Shown here: piece by piece, positions 27,016 to 36,930 of the stretch
Layout of the letters: each line of letters begins with the position of its first letter
Position numbering within the stretch: the stretch's first letter is position 1
Virus record (IMG/VR): IMGVR_UViG_3300027563_000002
Coordinates: 32,001 to 96,000 of that record
Reading direction: 5' to 3' (one strand)
Origin: a virus
Taxonomy: Duplodnaviria > Caudoviricetes
DNA: 64,000 nucleotides
Translations under genes and position numbers: made by a program
The notes under the pieces: model-generated
The model's database searches: none
Seen by the model: only the letters and a program-made list of their open reading frames with translations
Told to the model about the DNA's origin: nothing

Positions 27016-29978
27016 TTTCTTTTGGCCTTTGCTCTGCCGGCTTTCATGTTGGCCAGCCAGTGGGCCATGCGTTGCTTTTCACCTGATGAATTCTTTGCTG
27101 TTTTACGCAGACTGCTGACTGACGCTTTGGTATCGACTCCCGAGCGTTTGGCCAGGCCTTTGCGTCCAGGATTCTTACCGTCAGCAAAGTTTTCCGCTAC
27201 ACCTTGCTGTATTGTGCTTAGTCTAGCAAGTTCTTGTTCGCCTTCAGGAGTCAAAAACCAATAGCCGTCAGCATCTACAATCCATCCAGCATCATATAAA
27301 CTGTCATACACTCTGCTTTGAGCACGACTTAGGCTTTGACTATCTTCTTGAAATCCCAATCCATGATCATTTGCAACTTCAATAGCTTTGAGTAGCAAGG
27401 CCTTGCCATAACCTTTACCGCGCACATCATCAGTCACTTCTGCCTGATTGTGTACGTCATCAGTTTCGGGATCTCTAAAAAATGAAAAATGCCCAACATT
27501 TTTTCCATCAGCGATTGCAGTGACAGTAAAACTACTTTGATAATTGTCAGTAGATGCTGTTTGGAATTGTACTGTCGAAGCGTCAGCTTCATGAACCTGG
27601 TCTTCCGCCACGTCTTGCTTGTTGGACCAAAGCAATTGGCCTTCTTCTTGTGCTATGAGGTGTATGTTGTATCCTGGATGGGTGGGTTGTATGTCATAGT
27701 TGTCAAAGTGAGAAGATAATTTTTGTAATATTCTCACCACGCCAAGATACTGATCACCCACAAGATCATCAGGTACCACTACCAAGATATCAGTGTCACT
27801 GTTTTTACGATGTTTGCCTGTGGCACGACTGCCATGGAACCAAATTTCTTGTGCTATGGGCATGACTTTGAGTATGGCATCAACCACTGGCTGACCTGGT
27901 TGTTTGCCCTCCGCCACACCTTGTTTCAAATAGCCCCATTCGTCCTTGCTTGTACGATCACGCCTGGCAATGTCTCTGCCTTTTAGTTGATCTTCTCTGC
28001 GCTTGTCGCCCGCGGCACGTAGTTTAGCAACCTTGCCATCATCTTTATTAGCAAGACGACCTGCGGTATTGACCATGGCATTGCTTTCGCCTGCCGCCAC
28101 ACTTTCTTTGACCACAGCAGGCACTGTTTCGTCACCCAGCAGGTTCAACAAAAATGTTCTGTGATGTCCGTCTTGCAAGTGATATGAGCCATCTGGCAGG
28201 GCAGACACTGTGATGGGATTCTTTTGTACAAATTGTCGTAGGCGTTGTTGGGCAGCAGGATCGGCCTTTAGCGCATCCACCAGTTCGCGCATGCTCATGT
28301 CTGGAGACACCTGCATGCCAGCAGCATGAGTCAACACATCTGCTGCTTGTTCTATATTGACGCCTTGTGTGCCAATGGCACCATTGGCCCGGCGCACATT
28401 GGCAATGGGAAAATTCTCAATGTCTTCACGCAAGTTCACAGTCTTCATCAACAGACCAGGCTCGCCATTGCGACCTGTGTTCAAGGCCAGCTTGTTGGCT
28501 TCCCGGCCAGTCTGTCCAGGTTTGATATCCACACTCAAGGCCATGGCATACTGTGGCATGGCAGCTTCACGCTTGTTCTTGGGAATATATCCTGATGCAC
28601 CTTCGCCCAAGGCCGGCAATTCAAAATGTTCAGGATGACTGTTGGCCCAGTCACGCATGATGATGCCTGCTCGTGCATTGGCATCATTTTCCCAACGTGA
28701 TCCAGTTTCGCCCGCGTCGTCAGGCAAGCCGTTGTATTGTTGATTTTGACTGCAATGCACCAGTTCATGTGCCACAGTGCGCAACACATCCAGGATATGA
28801 CGATTGGGCATGCTGACATTGAGTGTGTGGCTGTCAGGATCGTAACGACCAAAACTGTGATTGCGTGTGCTCCATTCAGGATCGTTGTGCAAATGAATTT
28901 TGGGCATGGGATCAATGCCCAGTTCTGTGGCAGTGTGTTGAATAAACTCCTGTACCAGATTGGTTTCAGGAGAGGAATCTTCTAAAAATTGTTTGGTGCT
29001 GGCAGCCACGCCATCTTCTGAACTGTAGGGCTGACCTTGATGCCCTTCTTCAACTCCGCCAGTCCAGGGCTTGACAGGAGTTCGAGCTATCTTTTGAATT
29101 TTTTCTTGGCGTTCAGCTTCGCGCTGTTTTTTTACTTTTTCGTATTCATAGGGACTGCGAAATACTTCTTGTTTCGATGTTTTGGCATCAGCATCAACGG
29201 CTGCTCGCATGTCTGCCCAACTGGCTTCGTCAACTTCTGTGCCATAGCCATAACGAAATGGCCTTGCAGGAGTTTCACGCAGGCTGAGTTCTCGATCTTG
29301 TTGTGCGGTCATGGCATCTTTGAGCAACTTGATGCAACCACTGTTGCGCAACAACTTGAAAGAGATATTTTCACAACCAAATTCGCCTTGTTGTTCAAGA
29401 CCGCTTTGGCGCATGGTCTTGATCTTGTTCCACAGTGTGCTGATGGTTTTTAAATTGTGTGACTTGACGGCGGCATGTATTCTGGCATCCAGGTCTGCTG
29501 TTTTGTCACGCACACAGGTGTCATCTATCTGAGCACGTTTGCGCTGTGGTACTTGACGCCACTCTGAATCCTGGATTGAGTAAATGCCTTGGCTGTGATG
29601 TGGCTGATCTGCAGACTGCACATACAGTTCTACATCAGCGCCACCAATCCGTATGTTGTGCTCGTTGTTGTACTGATACTTCTTGGCTGTGAACAATTCC
29701 TGGTACACAGGATTGTCGGGCATTTCTACCACAAGATGCAGATCAATGTCTGAATTTTTTGTATAGGAGTAGGCTGCGTTTGAGCCTGATATGGTGATGT
29801 CTTGGATGTTGAGATTGTCAACACCCAAGAATTCTTGAAAGTCTGCTGCAATGGTCAGTAGCTTTTCACGCACTTCGGGCAGCAAGTGCTCGTCTCGCCC
29901 CCAAATTCTGGGGTTGAGACGGCGGTGAAATTTTACTGCGTCGCCAAGATTGTAGGAGTCCAACTCATGAATGTTCAT
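27012..29978 (-). CDS. Polyvalent protein: nucleotidyltransferase, HExxH metallopeptidase, ParB-like, second nucleotidyltransferase, GNAT, basic C-terminal module
   Basis: SGSN..SDIDLH; VAHELVH; LQDGHHR; HGSRATG..SDTDIL; RGKGYGKALL. Confidence 0.85.
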   Translation of the reverse strand: MNIHELDSYNLGDAVKFHRRLNPRIWGRDEHLLPEVREKLLTIAADFQEFLGVDNLNIQDITISGSNAAYSYTKNSDIDLHLVVEMPDNPVYQELFTAKKYQYNNEHNIRIGGADVELYVQSADQPHHSQGIYSIQDSEWRQVPQRKRAQIDDTCVRDKTADLDARIHAAVKSHNLKTISTLWNKIKTMRQSGLEQQGEFGCENISFKLLRNSGCIKLLKDAMTAQQDRELSLRETPARPFRYGYGTEVDEASWADMRAAVDADAKTSKQEVFRSPYEYEKVKKQREAERQEKIQKIARTPVKPWTGGVEEGHQGQPYSSEDGVAASTKQFLEDSSPETNLVQEFIQHTATELGIDPMPKIHLHNDPEWSTRNHSFGRYDPDSHTLNVSMPNRHILDVLRTVAHELVHCSQNQQYNGLPDDAGETGSRWENDANARAGIIMRDWANSHPEHFELPALGEGASGYIPKNKREAAMPQYAMALSVDIKPGQTGREANKLALNTGRNGEPGLLMKTVNLREDIENFPIANVRRANGAIGTQGVNIEQAADVLTHAAGMQVSPDMSMRELVDALKADPAAQQRLRQFVQKNPITVSALPDGSYHLQDGHHRTFLLNLLGDETVPAVVKESVAAGESNAMVNTAGRLANKDDGKVAKLRAAGDKRREDQLKGRDIARRDRTSKDEWGYLKQGVAEGKQPGQPVVDAILKVMPIAQEIWFHGSRATGKHRKNSDTDILVVVPDDLVGDQYLGVVRILQKLSSHFDNYDIQPTHPGYNIHLIAQEEGQLLWSNKQDVAEDQVHEADASTVQFQTASTDNYQSSFTVTAIADGKNVGHFSFFRDPETDDVHNQAEVTDDVRGKGYGKALLLKAIEVANDHGLGFQEDSQSLSRAQSRVYDSLYDAGWIVDADGYWFLTPEGEQELARLSTIQQGVAENFADGKNPGRKGLAKRSGVDTKASVSSLRKTAKNSSGEKQRMAHWLANMKAGRAKAKRK

Positions 29979-29993
29979 AAGTTGTATTTACCG

Positions 29994-30920
29994 TTACACT
30001 GCGGCAGCGGCTTTCTTGCTCTTTTTGCTTGATGCCATTACCACAGGTTCGGCTGTGGGCACTGGATCAACAGCCAGTTCATGTGCTGTGGCAGGCAGCT
30101 CAACAGCCGGCGCCGCAACAATATTGGGCTCAAACATCACTTTGAGATCCTTGTACAGTTGCTCGTGTGTGTTGTAGTCAAATGTGTATGAGCCCACATG
30201 ACGCAACAAAATGCGCTTGTCCACATACACTTTGCCGCCCAGATCACGCCAGTTTTCACAGAATGTCCAGTCTTCCGAGTAGTAGCGATTTTCGCGCACA
30301 GCAGTATCAAAATAGGTTTTCATGTAGGGATTCAGTTCTGCAGGCAGACCAATGTCGTTGTTGAAAGGTCTAGTGGCAGGATGCTCATTCAATTTCTCAA
30401 ACACATCACGCTTGATCAACAAGAAGCCTGTGCCTGTTTTTGTGACTTCAATCAGCTTGCCATCCGGTTCGTCGGGCTGTCCAGGAATGCCGTTCACACA
30501 CCATTTGACTGGCAGACTCTTCATGGGATACAATCCACCGATCACGTCTTTTTGTGCATCCAGCATGACCAACAGGTGCCAGGGTTCCCAGCCAATGTCA
30601 GCGTCAATAAACATCAAGTGTGTGCTTTCTTTGTTGTGCAAGAACTTGGCAGTAAGAGTGTTTCTGGCACGTGATATCAAGCTCTCATTGGTCATGGTTT
30701 CCACTGTCCAGTCAATGTTCAGTTGACGGCACATGTTGGCCCATTTGATATAGCTCATGAAACACTGTTCGGTCAACTGTCCACCATAACAAGGCATACA
30801 GATATGCACTCGTGTGGTACGCAAATAGTCAATATTTACTTGTATGTTGTTCTGATTTGTTTGTACAGGATCAGTTGGGGGTACAGTAGTAGGCACTGCA
30901 TCAGCTTGGGTGTCAGACAT
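29994..30920 (-). CDS. GT-A fold glycosyltransferase-like protein
   Basis: MPCYGG, ESLISRARN, FIDADIGW, GTGFLLIKRDVF, SEDWTFC, HVG. Confidence 0.8.
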   Translation of the reverse strand: MSDTQADAVPTTVPPTDPVQTNQNNIQVNIDYLRTTRVHICMPCYGGQLTEQCFMSYIKWANMCRQLNIDWTVETMTNESLISRARNTLTAKFLHNKESTHLMFIDADIGWEPWHLLVMLDAQKDVIGGLYPMKSLPVKWCVNGIPGQPDEPDGKLIEVTKTGTGFLLIKRDVFEKLNEHPATRPFNNDIGLPAELNPYMKTYFDTAVRENRYYSEDWTFCENWRDLGGKVYVDKRILLRHVGSYTFDYNTHEQLYKDLKVMFEPNIVAAPAVELPATAHELAVDPVPTAEPVVMASSKKSKKAAAAV

Positions 30921-30976
30921 GGGTTCTCCGTTAAAATGTGCTAGTATTTAAAGATTATAACAGAGGGTGTTATTTT

Positions 30977-31888
30977 TTACGACCGACGTTCTTCCACATA
31001 GTCTTCATAAGTGGCAGCCCAGCCTTGGTTTTCGTTTGTTTTGGGTTGACTACGAGCAATACTTATAGTGTATCCTTGCAGTCCTTTTTTGGATAATATG
31101 TTGTCCACAAATTCTACGGCTTCTTGAGAAGTGCTAAACTTGTTTCCAAGATCAAGGTGTTTAGTATCATTACCAATTTTTACAATAGCTATAAAATTGG
31201 GTCTGGCAATTTCCTGTGCGCCTAAAGCGCCAGCGGCAGCCATGCCCGCGGCAGCAGTTGTGCCTTGAAGGAATCCTCTGCGGCTGATGTCTTCTGCCAC
31301 GCCGCCAATGTTCTGATCAAATATACGCACAATATCCTGTGCGCCTGCTGGATCTTTTTGCGTTGAAGGATACAGGCTCATTACCAGAGCCATACGCCGT
31401 TTGGGAGTCAGCTGAGGCCAAGCTGCACGAATTTGAGAGGCTGATGTAAATGCGCCAGGTCCAAATTCTATTGTGGGCAAATACGCCATGTAGGCATGTT
31501 TGCCAAATGGTTCCAGTCGCTTGGCACCCAACAACGGCTGCAAATAACTAGCAGATCCGTCTTTTTTTACACCGCCAGCATGTGGAGGGTTAGCAGCATC
31601 TTTTTCTGACCGTACAAAGATAATTGTGTCACGATCGGGGTTGTATTGACTGGTAATTTCCATGGCCTGAAAAGGTGACTTGACCTGCACAAAGTGTCCA
31701 GGTTCTACACCTGCAGCATAGGCAATCTTTTGTTTTTCTGAGATATCAAAAGGCCTGTCACTTTTGTCATTGGTAGCAGCCACATACACTTCGGCATCAG
31801 GAAAAGCTCGTTGTGCCGATTGATACAGGGCCAAGTGTCCTGGATGAAAAGGGTGAAAACCCCCGGGCATGATTACTACAGTTGTCAT
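30977..31888 (-). CDS. Cytidylyltransferase-like (HIGH) protein with an appended Tat-motif cassette
   Basis: PGGFHPFHPGH, SASQIR; then GGVAE-DISRRGFLQGTTAAAGMAAAGALGA. Confidence 0.8.
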   Translation of the reverse strand: MTTVVIMPGGFHPFHPGHLALYQSAQRAFPDAEVYVAATNDKSDRPFDISEKQKIAYAAGVEPGHFVQVKSPFQAMEITSQYNPDRDTIIFVRSEKDAANPPHAGGVKKDGSASYLQPLLGAKRLEPFGKHAYMAYLPTIEFGPGAFTSASQIRAAWPQLTPKRRMALVMSLYPSTQKDPAGAQDIVRIFDQNIGGVAEDISRRGFLQGTTAAAGMAAAGALGAQEIARPNFIAIVKIGNDTKHLDLGNKFSTSQEAVEFVDNILSKKGLQGYTISIARSQPKTNENQGWAATYEDYVEERRS

Positions 31889-31903
31889 AAACTGTATTTA
31901 GCG

Positions 31904-32338
31904 TCACATGTTTTCCAGCAACCACAGATAAAAAGGTGTAGAAAATTCAAAACTGATTGTGCCATTGCAACCAGCTGTGCCAAAAAATTGATCTGATATT
32001 TCGGTCCGTGTGCCATTGAAATTGTGATGATATACCGACTTTTCGTAAATCACCTGATCAATATTGATGCCATCAACGGTGACATTAGATATTGTCAATG
32101 TGGCATCTTTGACAATATTTCCTGTTTCGTCAACCTCAGTATGATCAGCAGTTTTGCCTGACATCACAATTTGAAGGCTGTGAGAACTGTCATCATCGGC
32201 CAGCTCATGTTCAACATGACATAGACCTTCAACATTAGTATTGGTATAGAATATTTTGCCATCTAATAGAACTTGCACACCCAATGATGCCTGAGCATCT
32301 GAGGTGTTGATATCGAACTCAATTTTGATTTTGTCCAT
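31904..32338 (-). CDS. Hypothetical protein
   Basis: Beta-rich ORF ending PFYLWLLENM. Confidence 0.7.
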   Translation of the reverse strand: MDKIKIEFDINTSDAQASLGVQVLLDGKIFYTNTNVEGLCHVEHELADDDSSHSLQIVMSGKTADHTEVDETGNIVKDATLTISNVTVDGINIDQVIYEKSVYHHNFNGTRTEISDQFFGTAGCNGTISFEFSTPFYLWLLENM

Positions 32339-32346
32339 TTTGTCTT

Positions 32347-32709
32347 TCAATAAGTTATAGTAACAGCGTTGATGGTACCGCCCGAAAAGCCTTCAACTCG
32401 CACTCGCATCCAGGTAAAATTACCAGTCACAGTGGCAGGATGGTAATCAGTCAATGGAATGGTACTGCCGTCGCCATACACAAATGTTTCAAACCAATTG
32501 GCTTCTGCAGGATTGTCATCCAAACAGGCTTCCAGATACATGATACCTTCAAATTCTGCCACAGAAAAAAGCACAGTTTGTACACTGCCGCGTCCGCGAT
32601 AGTAGTTGGCGGCGGTGACAGGATCACTGGACCAGTCTTGGCTAGAACCGTCATAGTTGCCCGCGGGCGTACCATAAACGGTGGTACCAAGAATGATTTG
32701 TGTGGTCAT
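32347..32709 (-). CDS. Hypothetical protein, possibly structural
   Basis: Beta-rich; GNFTWMRVRV; TAATG coupling. Confidence 0.7.
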   Translation of the reverse strand: MTTQIILGTTVYGTPAGNYDGSSQDWSSDPVTAANYYRGRGSVQTVLFSVAEFEGIMYLEACLDDNPAEANWFETFVYGDGSTIPLTDYHPATVTGNFTWMRVRVEGFSGGTINAVTITY

Positions 32710-32873
32710 TAAGCCTTGTCCGCTTCCACAACAACACCTGCACCAGCCAGCTCTTCAGCTACTGATTGCAATGCAGCCACAATATCAGCAGTAGCAATTT
32801 CGCCACCAGCATCGTCATCTCGGATCAATTTTGATAGTTTGATCACAACTATTTCTTCGTGAATTTTTGCCAT
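32709..32873 (-). CDS. 54-aa hypothetical protein (MAKIHEEIVVIKLSKLIRDDD...)
   Basis: TAAATA 7 nt upstream; stop overlaps next ATG; not in ORF track. Confidence 0.75.
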   Translation of the reverse strand: MAKIHEEIVVIKLSKLIRDDDAGGEIATADIVAALQSVAEELAGAGVVVEADKA

Positions 32874-32879
32874 AGTGTA

Positions 32880-33578
32880 CTATTTAGTCGTTTCAATGGC
32901 CATGGTCTTTCTTACAATACCCGGCATCACCAGACTCAGCATGGTGCCTTCGTTGGGATGATCATGATCCACAAAATAATGGGCTCGAGAGTAGTTGCGG
33001 TTTAGAACATAACCAGACGACATGCCAATGGTCAACCATGCCATCAATGAGCCACAAGGCTGCAGGGTATCTTTTCTTGAGTTCAAAAAATTGGCCAGCA
33101 TGAGCCGTTGATCATAGGTGTATTTGCGTTCTCTAAAATAAGTTCTGTACGCATACTTTGATTCCTGCAACTGCACCACACCCACTGGGAGAGAAATTAC
33201 TGCTTGTCGTACCAGTCGAACCCTGACTCCATCGTTGTCTAAGTGGATCAATCGATCAGCCAGACCGCGGTGATTGATGTATATACTCACAGTGTTGAAA
33301 CTGACCACAGTTTTGAACGGTACAGTTTCACTCAACAATACCTCACGAGTTTCGCGCAGGGCAGTTTCTTTGGTAATGCTCCAGGCCCGATCAGTCCATC
33401 GATCATTCTCAGCCCAGTATTTGGCATTACGGATGGCTGCTTCAAATCTACCAGGCTCTAAGTTCCGCAGGCAAGCGGCCTCAGAAATGTTGATGGTTAT
33501 GCACCACTCGTACTGATTGTAGTACAAACTGCTGCGATGATCCAGCTCAACTTTATACAACAATGATTCCGTCGGCAT
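32880..33578 (-). CDS. Hypothetical protein
   Basis: 232-aa ORF following clpA. Confidence 0.7.
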   Translation of the reverse strand: MPTESLLYKVELDHRSSLYYNQYEWCITINISEAACLRNLEPGRFEAAIRNAKYWAENDRWTDRAWSITKETALRETREVLLSETVPFKTVVSFNTVSIYINHRGLADRLIHLDNDGVRVRLVRQAVISLPVGVVQLQESKYAYRTYFRERKYTYDQRLMLANFLNSRKDTLQPCGSLMAWLTIGMSSGYVLNRNYSRAHYFVDHDHPNEGTMLSLVMPGIVRKTMAIETTK

Positions 33579-35808
33579 TTACAGTGCTCACTTTGTCAAG
33601 TTCGATATCAAATTCCACAGCATCCGCCGCCATCACAGCAGTGATCACACAGTTCTCCAAGCGATCAAACAGCATCCGCTTGCTGAGTGGCACACGTATC
33701 AGTTCGTCAATCTTGCGGCTTAAAGGACGTGCGCCCATTTTTGAGTCGTAGCCTTTGTCTGCCAAGTGGTCAATCACCGGCTCGGTCAATACCAGTCTGA
33801 TGTTTTTTGTTGTCATGCTGGCCTTGAGCTCGTCCACAAACTTCAACACAATCTTCTTGATGGCCAAGGTGTCCAGTTTGTCAAACTTGCAGATACGATC
33901 AATACGATTGCGCAGTTCTGGACGGAAGAACTCTTTCATGGCACGATCTTCTTCACCGGTCTTTTCCATGTTGCCAAAACCAATGTTGTTGGCATCGTTG
34001 GCCTGTGCGCCCAGGTTAGACGTCATGATGATGATACAGTTTTTGACATCTACTCGTTTGCCGTTGGCTGACGTGATATGCCCTTCATCCAGCATCTGCA
34101 ACAGGATGTTGGTCACATCGCCATGCGCTTTTTCGATCTCGTCAAACAAGATGATAGCATAGGGATTTTTGCTGATGTCAGAGATCAACTTGCCGCCACC
34201 TATGTTGCCATCTTCAAAGCCCACATATCCAGGAGGTGCGCCAATCAGACTCGACACCGTGTGCTTTTCCTGATACTCACTCATGTCATAGCGCAACAGT
34301 TTCATTTCCAAGTGTTCGCTCAGCAGTTTGGCCAGTTCAGTTTTGCCTGTTCCTGTGGGGCCCAAGAACAAGAAACTGCTGATGGGACGTCGAGCATTGC
34401 CAATGCCAGCAAAGTTGATGTACACACGTTCCAGCACCGCATCTACCGCTGAATCTTGTCCGTACAGTTTCTGCTTGATATTGCTTTCAAGATCCACAAT
34501 TTTTGCACTGCGTTCATTTTGCAATCGATCCACAGGCACACCGGCCACACGTGATACCTGTGCTTGAATCATTTCTTTTGTGACAGTGACGGTGCCAGCA
34601 TCTTTCACACGCTCACGTGCGCATGACGCATCCAACAGGTCAATGGCTTTGTCGGGATTCTTTCTATCGTGAATGTAGCGATTGGCCAGTTCCACTGAAG
34701 CCATAATAGCATCAGTGTCGATCATGACATCATGGAATTTTTCCAGTCTTGGACTCAGGCCAATGAGAATTTTTTCTGTAGTTTCAGTATCAGGCTCATC
34801 AATTGAAATACGGTAGAAACGGCGCATCAGCGCACGGTCTTTCTCAAATGATTCGTAGTACTCTTCCCATGTGGTTGATGCAATCACTTTCAATTGTCCT
34901 TTGGTGATTGCAGGTTTCAGCATGTTGGCAAAGTCCAATGAACTTTGTGACCCTGCACCAGCACCTTTCATGGTGTGTGCTTCGTCAATGAACAAGATAC
35001 AGTTCTTTTTGGTTTCTAGGGCAGCAATCACGGCCTTGAACTTTTCTTCAAACTCACCGCGATACTTTGATCCTGCCAGCAGTGATCCAACTTCAAGACC
35101 CCATACTTCGTGGTCTTGTATAAATTTGGGCACACGTCCAGCCACAATTTCCTGTGCCAAGCCATCCACAATGCAGGTCTTGCCCACACCAGGGTCGCCT
35201 ACCATCAGCACATTGGCCTTGAAGCGCCGCGCCATCACGGTGATCATTTCGTGCAGTTCTGTCTGGCGCCCAATTAGTGGTTCCAGCTGATCTGCCTGGG
35301 CCTGGGCTGTCAAGTTGGTGCAGTATTCATTGAGTATGTCATTGGCCTGATTAGTGTTCATTTTGACTGAGTCAGCCGCTATGTAGTTCTTGCTGTAGAA
35401 CTCAGAAAACTCAGTTTTCTTCACACCATATTTGAGCAAAAAATAGTGTGCATGACTGTTGGTCTCGGCCATGATGCTTAGGTACAAATCCAACGTGGTC
35501 AAGGTTCTGCGCCCGGTGAACATGACCTGCACATTGGCACGATTGAACAGGCGTTCTAGAGTTTGTGTTTTGCGTGGCTGCACTTCGTCACCGGCCTGGA
35601 CCAGGTTCTTCAAACTGTCAAGATATGCATCAACTTCTTGGTCCAATTGTTCAACTTCCGCACCAAAACGGTCCAGGGTCTTTTTAAATGCTGCATGCCG
35701 GATCAGACTCAACAGCAGGTGTTCTGTGATCACATACTCGTGATGTTTGTCTCGTGCAATTTTGACTGCTTGATCTACAATATATTCGATTTCGGGATTG
35801 TTTTGCAT
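33553..35808 (-). CDS. clpA: ClpA-type AAA+ chaperone
   Basis: Clp N-domain (EHLLL), Walker A GDPGVGKT and GPTGTGKT, IGAPPGYVG, IGF loop, MGARPL; no ClpB middle domain. Confidence 0.92.
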   Translation of the reverse strand: MQNNPEIEYIVDQAVKIARDKHHEYVITEHLLLSLIRHAAFKKTLDRFGAEVEQLDQEVDAYLDSLKNLVQAGDEVQPRKTQTLERLFNRANVQVMFTGRRTLTTLDLYLSIMAETNSHAHYFLLKYGVKKTEFSEFYSKNYIAADSVKMNTNQANDILNEYCTNLTAQAQADQLEPLIGRQTELHEMITVMARRFKANVLMVGDPGVGKTCIVDGLAQEIVAGRVPKFIQDHEVWGLEVGSLLAGSKYRGEFEEKFKAVIAALETKKNCILFIDEAHTMKGAGAGSQSSLDFANMLKPAITKGQLKVIASTTWEEYYESFEKDRALMRRFYRISIDEPDTETTEKILIGLSPRLEKFHDVMIDTDAIMASVELANRYIHDRKNPDKAIDLLDASCARERVKDAGTVTVTKEMIQAQVSRVAGVPVDRLQNERSAKIVDLESNIKQKLYGQDSAVDAVLERVYINFAGIGNARRPISSFLFLGPTGTGKTELAKLLSEHLEMKLLRYDMSEYQEKHTVSSLIGAPPGYVGFEDGNIGGGKLISDISKNPYAIILFDEIEKAHGDVTNILLQMLDEGHITSANGKRVDVKNCIIIMTSNLGAQANDANNIGFGNMEKTGEEDRAMKEFFRPELRNRIDRICKFDKLDTLAIKKIVLKFVDELKASMTTKNIRLVLTEPVIDHLADKGYDSKMGARPLSRKIDELIRVPLSKRMLFDRLENCVITAVMAADAVEFDIELDKVSTVNADGIIVV

Positions 35809-35835
35809 CGGGGTCCTTGAGTTGTCCTATGGATT

Positions 35836-35864
35836 ATTATATGAGATTTTGTTATCGACCGCAA
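35836..35864 (-). promoter_or_regulatory. Sigma70-type promoter for clpA
   Basis: TTGCGG-N17-TATAAT. Confidence 0.65.
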
Positions 35865-35884
35865 CCTTGGCTGAGTCAAAATAT

Positions 35885-36652
35885 TTATTTGTGTTGTGTT
35901 TGAATGGCCGCCAGCAATTCAGGTGAAATCGAATCTGGCACAAAGGCCTGCACTCGCACCAGAATGTCACCGGTTGCGCCGGCTCGATTGGACAATCCTC
36001 GACCCCGGAGTCTCAAGGTCACACCAGGCTGACTTCTGGCAGGTATATTGGCACTCAGCACACTGCCAGTGATGGTGGTGATGTGCAATTCGGTTCCCAG
36101 TATCATATCCCAAATGCTCACACGAGTTTCGATTATCAAATTGAGATCTTGACGTTGCCACGTTCGGTCTGGTTGCACTCGATACTGTATCACAAGGTCT
36201 GAGCCGCCGGGACCAATGCCTTCATAATGCACATTGTCCCCGTCATTGATACCCAGTGGTATTTCAATTTCCACAGCACTTGTGCCTTGCGCAGTGCCCA
36301 GGCTCACAGTGCGTCGGCCACCTGTGGCCACATCGTTCAGTGTGATGGTCAGGGTCATTCTCACATGACCGCGTGGCCGTTGCTGTTGAGCAAACCCATG
36401 CCCAAACATGTTGAATATGTCATTGATGTTGACACTGCCGTTGAATCCTGAAAACTGTGGTCTGGGGTTGTTGTATTCAGCACGTTTTTGCTCATCACCC
36501 AGGGTGGCATAGGCTTCTTGAATGGCCTGAAACTTCTGAGTATCGCCACCTTTGTCAGGATGATGCTGGCTGGCCAGTCGACGAAACGCCCGTTTGATTT
36601 CGTCAGCAGTGGCAGTTCTGGGCACGCCTAGTGCGGCGTAGTAGTCGGTCAT
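35885..36652 (-). CDS. dnaJ: DnaJ/CbpA-type co-chaperone without zinc finger
   Basis: [15 protein letters not shown] (HPD), C-terminal LRLRGRG..GDILV. Confidence 0.9.
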   Translation of the reverse strand: MTDYYAALGVPRTATADEIKRAFRRLASQHHPDKGGDTQKFQAIQEAYATLGDEQKRAEYNNPRPQFSGFNGSVNINDIFNMFGHGFAQQQRPRGHVRMTLTITLNDVATGGRRTVSLGTAQGTSAVEIEIPLGINDGDNVHYEGIGPGGSDLVIQYRVQPDRTWQRQDLNLIIETRVSIWDMILGTELHITTITGSVLSANIPARSQPGVTLRLRGRGLSNRAGATGDILVRVQAFVPDSISPELLAAIQTQHK

Positions 36653-36702
36653 AAGAAAGGTCCTGTATGTTTAATTATACAGGACCCAGTGGTGGCAGTC
36701 AA
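36653..36702 (-). promoter_or_regulatory. Sigma70 promoter overlapped by a 10-bp inverted repeat (terminator-like) covering the dnaJ RBS
   Basis: TTGACT-N17-TATAAT; GGTCCTGTAT-N8-ATACAGGACC-TTTCTT-ATG. Confidence 0.7.
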
Positions 36703-36930
36703 TTACTTCTTTTCAGGAACTTTGGTGCCTTCAAGTTTCTTGTGTACTTTGATTTTTTTGCAATCTTGTACTGGTTTTTTAGTTTTTGGGTTTACAATGA
36801 CTTGACCAGCTTTGTTTTTGAGATCTTTGCAAACTTCTTTGATTTCTGCGGCTGCATGCCCAAGGTTGGCAAACAACAACAGGCTGAGGCCCAGCGCAAT
36901 GGGCATGAGTGAGTATAGTCGAGTTTTCAT
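36703..36930 (-). CDS. Small secreted basic protein
   Basis: Signal peptide ending GHA-A; two Cys; Lys-rich. Confidence 0.7.
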   Translation of the reverse strand: MKTRLYSLMPIALGLSLLLFANLGHAAAEIKEVCKDLKNKAGQVIVNPKTKKPVQDCKKIKVHKKLEGTKVPEKK

